24,000 nt of DNA, from NCBI GenBank assembly GCA_030951025.1, contig JAUZQK010000064.1, forward strand, positions 8-24,007, written 5' to 3'. Positions 16,190 to 22,092 of the stretch are shown piece by piece. The stretch comes from Mariprofundus sp. GTDB lineage: Bacteria; Pseudomonadota; Zetaproteobacteria; Mariprofundales; Mariprofundaceae. The notes below the pieces were generated by a model. That model was given only the letters and a program-made list of their open reading frames with translations, was not told the origin of the DNA and did no database searches. The stretch's first letter is position 1; every line of letters begins with the position of its first letter. The position numbers and the translations under genes are program-made.

Positions 16190-18578
16190 ATCTCCCCCCC
16201 TTCCATTTTCCACCATTGACCATCACAGCAATTGCTTTAGCTGTAAGTGGTGAAATGACATCCCCATTCTTCAGCTTGCATCCAGCCGTTATTTTCTTTA
16301 ATGATTCATGGCCAATTAAAGCATGCAGATAATCGGGTAACTGATGCACGCCCGACTCTTTCTCAGTCGCGGCAGCTGCGGCAAATACCTGAACCTGGTC
16401 AGGAAAGCGCGCAAGATATTCCGCCACTCGGGGAAATCGAACTTCAAGGATAGTCCAGAGCGCCACTTGATCCAGAAAAGCCTCATCCATATCGAGAACG
16501 CCGCTTACCCTTGCTAAATTCACATACACGCCAAACGCATTCACTATCAACTTCATACTTCTCGGGTTGGCATCCATCAAATCAACAAAGCGTGTGAGCC
16601 GGTGCCGGTTTGCAGTCGCAAAGCTTTCAGTCTTCGCCGCTTTAATCACTGCGGCAGCAATCATAGCCTGTTTATGAATAACAGTTTTCGGCTCACTGCG
16701 CATATAGTCATTGAGTTCAGATTCACTGGATACATTTTGAATCTCTTTTTCTACAACGGCATAAGCCTCATCAAAACTTACTACAGAATCACTTTTCTCT
16801 CTCGATGTGATTTCATCCATAAACGACACTTTCAATTCAGCCGAGATCGGCGGCAATGCAACACTTAATTGAAACAACTTCTCCAGAAAGCGATAACCCG
16901 TTGGCTGTTCAACCTGCGCAATTTTACCGTTGAATGTTTCATAGCCCTCCTCAAAGCAGGCCGATATCCAGGTTCGATCAGCCGCGACCAGGAAAAATAC
17001 TTTTGGATGAGAATACAGTGTGTGAAGACTCTCCAATAATTCAATGACATAAGAGCTTTTGCATCGATCCAGATCATCAATAAACACGATGACAGGCCTG
17101 TCAAACCCATCAACCATTTTTCTGTAATAGGAACGAATCTTTTCCATCGGATCGGAAGACAAACGTCTAAACATGTGAGCTGAAGCAGCAAAGCCTGGCA
17201 TGAGTTTGCTCAACAAAACCGCAACGGTACTTGCTAAAGCAAGAATCGATGCAATCGACTTCATGACATCTCCGCCCAACGTTAATGCTAATCCAAGCAG
17301 CACCAGAATTGTTGCCAACATTATAAAAACAGGTCGCCTATCCCCTTCCTCAATTCGATACCAGTAATTTTTCCAGTGCAATTCTTTACTGTTTGGTGCG
17401 CCTTTTATGCCCTCTTGAACAATCCGATCCAACAACCCCCACCAGGGCGGGTCGACATGTTGGTTCCTCCATGCATTAAAATGGATACCAATCCATGGCC
17501 GTTGCACTTTGCTCTCATCATGCAGGCATTGATCCAACTGATGCATAAATGTTGTTTTACCTGCTCCCCAGCGTCCACAAAGGTGCAGAACAAAACTATC
17601 TCCTTTGATACTTTGCCCAGCCTCAACAGGTAAATTTAGAGATTCATGCCACAGACGATCCAACCAGCGTGCTAAATATTCCGCGAATGCAAATCTGTTA
17701 AATGAATCATGTTCAGAAGGTTGATCGGAACTAATAATAGTTGCATTCGACAGCAGTTCTGAAGGAGCAACCCGCGTGCCTCCCCCATCAATAAGCTTGT
17801 TAAGCTTCTCTGCAACTTGTTCTGGAACTTTGAATACTGTGCCCTGAGGGCTGCGAAGAAACTGAAATTCATCCTTCTGAATGGACTCAATCACCACATC
17901 TCTGGATATTATTGGCTCCAACCATTTTACCGGCAAGGAAAGACGAACATCCTTCTTGGGCGTTTCTGACTCCTCTCCTTTGTCTGTAAATTCGAGATGG
18001 CTAATCTCCCCCCAAGCGACCATACCGCTTGCAGCTCGGTTGTGCTTACGCTCATCTTCATCCTTGAAGGCTCGCCAAAGAAAAAACACATCGCCAAGCT
18101 GCATCTCGTCCTGAAACCGGTTTATACGCCAAGGCACTGCCTCCCCCTGTTTCGCCGATTCCAGCCAGTCCGTTTTTTCATCATCCGGCTTATACTGAAA
18201 TAACCAATAACGCTTCACATGCTTTTCAGTCGTTCCATCATTGAATTCGGGCGATAGCTCTGGAGCTGTCCTATCATTTCTCTTCTTTTTCTTCGATGTT
18301 TTATCTTTCCTGATGCTCTGAATATCAGAGCCTTGTGGCTGAAACTTCTGATGCGATTCAGTTTCAAAACGCATCAACATAGCCTGCGTATCCGGCCCCA
18401 CAATACCATCAGCAGACAAACCATTCTTAGCCTGGAACTCACCCACAACATGACCGGTACGCTTACCAAACACACCATCCGGCTCACCCGCATCGAAGCC
18501 TTGCTGGCGAAGTAATTCCTGCAAGGCTTTCACCTGATCACCCTCTGACCCTTCGCGCAATACCCGTTCACTTTCCAT
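16182..18578 (-). CDS. Multidomain protein: PG_binding_1-like domain + EVE (PUA-like) domain + KAP family P-loop NTPase with hydrophobic insert
   Basis: PGB: VLREGSEGDQVKALQELLRQQGFDAGEPDGVFGKRTGHVVGEFQAKNGLSADGIVGPDTQ (about 18369-18566). EVE: YWLFQYKPDD...GDVFFLWRA...SGMVAWGEI...LRSPQGTVFKV (about 17790-18218). Walker A CGRWGAGKTT (about 17550-17576). Hydrophobic FIMLATILVLLGLALTLGG...IASILALASTVAVLL. Walker B VIVFIDDLDRC (about 17064-17093). Confidence 0.87.
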   Translation of the reverse strand: MESERVLREGSEGDQVKALQELLRQQGFDAGEPDGVFGKRTGHVVGEFQAKNGLSADGIVGPDTQAMLMRFETESHQKFQPQGSDIQSIRKDKTSKKKKRNDRTAPELSPEFNDGTTEKHVKRYWLFQYKPDDEKTDWLESAKQGEAVPWRINRFQDEMQLGDVFFLWRAFKDEDERKHNRAASGMVAWGEISHLEFTDKGEESETPKKDVRLSLPVKWLEPIISRDVVIESIQKDEFQFLRSPQGTVFKVPEQVAEKLNKLIDGGGTRVAPSELLSNATIISSDQPSEHDSFNRFAFAEYLARWLDRLWHESLNLPVEAGQSIKGDSFVLHLCGRWGAGKTTFMHQLDQCLHDESKVQRPWIGIHFNAWRNQHVDPPWWGLLDRIVQEGIKGAPNSKELHWKNYWYRIEEGDRRPVFIMLATILVLLGLALTLGGDVMKSIASILALASTVAVLLSKLMPGFAASAHMFRRLSSDPMEKIRSYYRKMVDGFDRPVIVFIDDLDRCKSSYVIELLESLHTLYSHPKVFFLVAADRTWISACFEEGYETFNGKIAQVEQPTGYRFLEKLFQLSVALPPISAELKVSFMDEITSREKSDSVVSFDEAYAVVEKEIQNVSSESELNDYMRSEPKTVIHKQAMIAAAVIKAAKTESFATANRHRLTRFVDLMDANPRSMKLIVNAFGVYVNLARVSGVLDMDEAFLDQVALWTILEVRFPRVAEYLARFPDQVQVFAAAAATEKESGVHQLPDYLHALIGHESLKKITAGCKLKNGDVISPLTAKAIAVMVNGGKWKGGRYE

Positions 18579-18614
18579 CAGTCATTCCACCATAGTTCAA
18601 CATCACACATCGGG

Positions 18615-19502
18615 TTACAAGCTGAGCAACATGTCGATGAGATCAGCTTGCGGAAACAAATCGAATTTATCCTTTCTAATATTGCCATGCGTCCACATGC
18701 CTTTGATTTTACCGTTGTATGCCTGTGCGTTATATTCAAAGGCTTGAGCACCCTTTTGTTTAATTGCAGCAACCAGGCCAGCGCGCACATCAATCGAGTC
18801 ACGCTCGGCAATCCATAAAATAAATGCCTTGAGCGTTTCAATTTGTTTATCTGAATAAGCATGCCACTGGCGATGTCCCCGAAATGGCTTGGCCAAGGTC
18901 ACGATTTGATCGGCGACAATAGGTGTTCCCACATAGGTTTTCCCACCCTTGGCATAACTGAAATTACAGACCTCAATCGCCGCTGAATGTGTATGCATGT
19001 GCTGCGAGCCGTTTTTACCCAGATGCCAGCCGTAACCGCCTTCCGGCACACATTGCAGCAACTCACCATCATAACGATCATCATTGCCTTTAACGGAACG
19101 GCCACCGAGCACAAACTCCGTTGCAATTGTACCGCGATTATCCTTCGCCCAACCATCCACAGTATGATACGGATTATGCCAGCCAGCAGTATGATGCAAA
19201 AACAAATATGCCTTGGCTGTCGGCCCTGCCAGATATTCGCCTTTGGGCAGAAAGTATTTATGCACCAGTAGGTCTTCTGTGGCCGCATACACTCTCTCAG
19301 AATTATCCGTTGTGGCATGATTCTCTCGAATAGCCGCAAGCGTTTGTGAGCCAACGATCCCATCAACCATCAAACCATGCTCCTTCTGGTAGGCTTCGAC
19401 TGCCTGCTTGGTTCCTGCTCCAAACACCCCGTCATCTGCAATGCCTAAGGCCTGTTGCAACTCAATCACCTCTCGCCCTCTTGAGCCCTGTCTTAATAAC
19501 AT
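18615..19502 (-). CDS. N-acetylmuramoyl-L-alanine amidase (Amidase_2/PGRP fold) with N-terminal PG_binding_1 domain, endolysin-like
   Basis: MLLRQGSRGREVIELQQALGIADDGVFGAGTKQAVEAYQKEHGLMVDGIVGSQTL then AYLFLHHTAGWHN...TIATEFVLGG...HTHSAAIEVCN...HRQWHAYSDKQIETLKAFI. The start at 19502 is strongly supported by AGGAGGTGATTGCG-ATG; the GTG at 19589 has no SD. Confidence 0.85.
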   Translation of the reverse strand: MLLRQGSRGREVIELQQALGIADDGVFGAGTKQAVEAYQKEHGLMVDGIVGSQTLAAIRENHATTDNSERVYAATEDLLVHKYFLPKGEYLAGPTAKAYLFLHHTAGWHNPYHTVDGWAKDNRGTIATEFVLGGRSVKGNDDRYDGELLQCVPEGGYGWHLGKNGSQHMHTHSAAIEVCNFSYAKGGKTYVGTPIVADQIVTLAKPFRGHRQWHAYSDKQIETLKAFILWIAERDSIDVRAGLVAAIKQKGAQAFEYNAQAYNGKIKGMWTHGNIRKDKFDLFPQADLIDMLLSL

Positions 19503-19618
19503 CGCAATCACCTCCTGAAGTGTTAAATTTACTTCTTCTATCTTGCCTGAAAGAACATCAACCAAAATCAGTCTAGCGCACCACTTCACGCATTCGATAA
19601 AGTATTAATAAATCCTCA

Positions 19619-21274
19619 TCACGTGGCCTCTAGCGATAACATGCGACGCTCCTGTTTTTCAAACCCGATGATGATCGGCGCCCATTGTTTGATGCTTTTG
19701 TATAAGCGCAACAAAGCCATGAGCAGTGCTGGCCAGCCCGTAAATATGCTTTTTTTGATCAAATCGATAACCAGCTTGAGCAGCGATGCTAAAAAACCGC
19801 ATGAGACGGCAAACATGGAAGATTTATTCTCCAGGTAAGCGGCTATCTTGCTGACATCATTTGCCTGTGCGAACTCATATACCAGCGTTGTAAAGTCGAA
19901 ATCATTATCCCTATGCATCCGCAATACAGGAATGTTTGAATTAATATTGAGGCCGCGCATAGGAAACTTAATTTCTTTTCTAGCAAAAAAAGCCAGTGAT
20001 CCTGTCACTCCCGAAACAACCGCCTGAAGTGCTTCAAATGAATTACGAATATAAAGATAAGCGACTCGAGACAGGTTTTTAAGCATTGCCTTGACCGAAG
20101 ATACCGCCTTTTTAAGCATGGTCTTAAACCAAGCCCACGCCCGTTTAATACCATCCCACATCCGTGCGCCAATGGAATAGATATTATCCCACATTTCCTG
20201 CACAACAGATTTCATGTTTTTCTTTGGACTCCTGCTTTTAGCCAGTTTTTTTATTTCCTGATAAACGTCTTCTGACTCGGTTGGCATCACCACGTCAGCG
20301 GCTATAAGGCGCTGTGAAATACTGGAAAAAAACTTAGGGTACGTTAATTTGATCAGCCCCATCGCTTTTGATTTCGCCTTATCAGACGTGGTTCCAAGGC
20401 TTGTCCAATACACGAGCAACTGCTTATAAAGCTGGCTCTTCGCCTTTAAATCCAAGCCATTTGCTCGCATGCTATTGGCACTTCCCCCCGTATATCCTTT
20501 AGGACGAATATTATAACCAAGCAACCACAGCTCGATCTTGGCCATAGCGACAATAAATGGTTTGATTGTTTTTTTATGCTCAACACCTTTAGGGATTTGG
20601 CCTGATGCAAGCCTGGCTACCATTTCATCCTGATCAAAAAGTAGCTTCAGCGTTGCCAGACTCACAACACTTAAACCCGCAGCGTCCGCCCACCCCAACA
20701 CCTGAGCAAGCTTAGAAAAGCCCGCTAATGCGTCATTTAGCAAATCAATCAGCAAATCAATCGTGACCATGGTTTTTAAGTGGCCGGGGGCTCGAGAGAC
20801 CAAACCCAACGCATAAAGTCTCAGGTATGCTGCTCGTATCAAGGCATCACATGGCTCACCCTTAACAAACCATTTCTCCAAATTTGATGCTTCCTCAAAA
20901 CTCACCATTTGCTGCAACGCCAGCCAGGTTTTTTCGCCCACCCAGCCATCAGCCTTGAGACTACTGATACCAAAGGCATCATGTTGAAACAGCTTCACAC
21001 CAGCCTGATAACTTGCATCAAGCTGTGAAGGTACGGAATCAGTATCAAGGTAACCCAATAAAAAAAGCCTATTGGCAATCACTTTTAAGCGGGAATTTGA
21101 ATATGCAGAACGCGATCCACCAGGATTCGATTCGGGTAACGGCGTAATAATTTGATCATCACCAGCTTGAAGCATGGCCTGCTCTAACAAACCATATTGT
21201 TTAACCATATCTCCCTCATCCGGCAAACCACTCAAGCAAGCAGGAGAAATAGTTAAATCGACACGTTGGGGCAT
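19619..21274 (-). CDS. 551-aa protein with N-terminal PG_binding-like repeat(s) and C-terminal amphipathic/hydrophobic segments (possible membrane-active component)
   Basis: SNSRLKVIANRLFLLGYLDTDSV...GVKLFQHDAFGISSLKADGWVGEKTWLALQQM resembles PG_binding_1. C-terminal MWDNIYSIGARMWDGIKRAWAWFKTMLKKA and FAVSCGFLASLLKLVIDLIKKSIFTGWPALLMALLRL. Start overlaps the upstream stop (TAATG). Confidence 0.75.
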   Translation of the reverse strand: MPQRVDLTISPACLSGLPDEGDMVKQYGLLEQAMLQAGDDQIITPLPESNPGGSRSAYSNSRLKVIANRLFLLGYLDTDSVPSQLDASYQAGVKLFQHDAFGISSLKADGWVGEKTWLALQQMVSFEEASNLEKWFVKGEPCDALIRAAYLRLYALGLVSRAPGHLKTMVTIDLLIDLLNDALAGFSKLAQVLGWADAAGLSVVSLATLKLLFDQDEMVARLASGQIPKGVEHKKTIKPFIVAMAKIELWLLGYNIRPKGYTGGSANSMRANGLDLKAKSQLYKQLLVYWTSLGTTSDKAKSKAMGLIKLTYPKFFSSISQRLIAADVVMPTESEDVYQEIKKLAKSRSPKKNMKSVVQEMWDNIYSIGARMWDGIKRAWAWFKTMLKKAVSSVKAMLKNLSRVAYLYIRNSFEALQAVVSGVTGSLAFFARKEIKFPMRGLNINSNIPVLRMHRDNDFDFTTLVYEFAQANDVSKIAAYLENKSSMFAVSCGFLASLLKLVIDLIKKSIFTGWPALLMALLRLYKSIKQWAPIIIGFEKQERRMLSLEAT

Positions 21275-21648
21275 TATTTATTTGAGCTAAGCCCAACCAT
21301 ACCGCCAAACAACGCCAGCAACCCATGTCTGGTATCAATGCCCGCCTTCACCGATGCGGCATGCACTTTCTGAATGTGTTCTTGAAAATCACCCTCAGGC
21401 ACCAGGTTAATCGCATCGCCATCACACATCATCTTGGTCACTGCACATAGCTTCAGGTTATTGCCCGTCGCTTTTGCAGCTGCCAGCAGATCTGTAATAC
21501 TTTTAAGTTTCCCATCATCACCCAACGCCGTATCAACGGCCACATCGATTGAACCGGTATAGGTTTGCACCTCAAGTGAAGACATATCTTCCAAAAAGTC
21601 ACCAATTGATTCCAACCCTCTGGTCAGCTTTCCTTTTGTATCAGGCAT
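21274..21648 (-). CDS. Hypothetical protein, about 124-126 aa, cassette component
   Basis: ORF to 21654 (MDMPDTKGKLTRGLESIGDFLEDMSS...). AGGAG is directly abutting the first ATG, so the second ATG at 21648 has better spacing. TAATG coupled to the downstream gene. Confidence 0.65.
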   Translation of the reverse strand: MPDTKGKLTRGLESIGDFLEDMSSLEVQTYTGSIDVAVDTALGDDGKLKSITDLLAAAKATGNNLKLCAVTKMMCDGDAINLVPEGDFQEHIQKVHAASVKAGIDTRHGLLALFGGMVGLSSNK

Positions 21649-21669
21649 ATCCATCTCCTATTGTCGTGG

Positions 21670-22014
21670 TCACTTCATTTGATTTCGAAAAGCGGCCACA
21701 TCTTTTGCGAAATCACTACAATACACAGCAATACTCTGATTAAACTGTTCAATACCATCAGAATTATTGGCTATTTCATGTTTTAAACGTTTGCCATCTG
21801 CAACCCGCAAAACATCAGAGGCAAGCAACCTTAAATTCCGAGATAACTCAGCATATTTTAGATATTCATCGTAACTGGCTGGCTGCTTGATTCCCTTGCT
21901 TCGCCCCACGAAATCGCCAACGAAGGTACGCACCACGACCTGTTGTGTATGACCTCGTCGTAGCCATCGCTTCATTTTCGCCAATATATTCTGGAATCTA
22001 TTCATCGTAGACAT
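21670..22014 (-). CDS. Hypothetical protein (114 aa), first gene of the cassette
   Basis: MSTMNRFQNILAKMKRWLRRGHTQQVVVRTFVGDFVGRSKGIKQPASYDEYLKYAELSRNLRLLASDVLR...; GAGGGG upstream of the ATG at 22014. Confidence 0.6.
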   Translation of the reverse strand: MSTMNRFQNILAKMKRWLRRGHTQQVVVRTFVGDFVGRSKGIKQPASYDEYLKYAELSRNLRLLASDVLRVADGKRLKHEIANNSDGIEQFNQSIAVYCSDFAKDVAAFRNQMK

Positions 22015-22065
22015 CACCCAGCCCCTCTCTCAAAGCTCAATGCTGCACATAGATATTAAAATGTA

Positions 22066-22085
22066 TGTCCCATAAATATGGGACA
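22066..22085. promoter_or_regulatory. Perfect palindrome between uup and the cassette (operator or terminator stem)
   Basis: TGTCCCATA-AA-TATGGGACA, 9-bp arms, 52 bp upstream of the first cassette start codon and 8 bp of the uup stop before nt 22093. Minus strand continues TACATTTTAATATC. Confidence 0.6.
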
Positions 22086-22092
22086 AAGATGC

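Noticed and set aside
18615-19589. Extended GTG start of the amidase (MKWCARLILVDVLSGKIEE...)
   Set aside because: No Shine-Dalgarno at 19589. A near-perfect AGGAGGTGAT precedes the ATG at 19502, so the N-terminal 29 residues are probably not translated.
14318-22017. Prophage, integron or transposon explanation for the cassette
   Set aside because: No integrase, transposase, terminase, portal or tail genes, and the cassette does not abut a tRNA. I did not see flanking direct repeats by eye. A distant boundary outside the window cannot be excluded.
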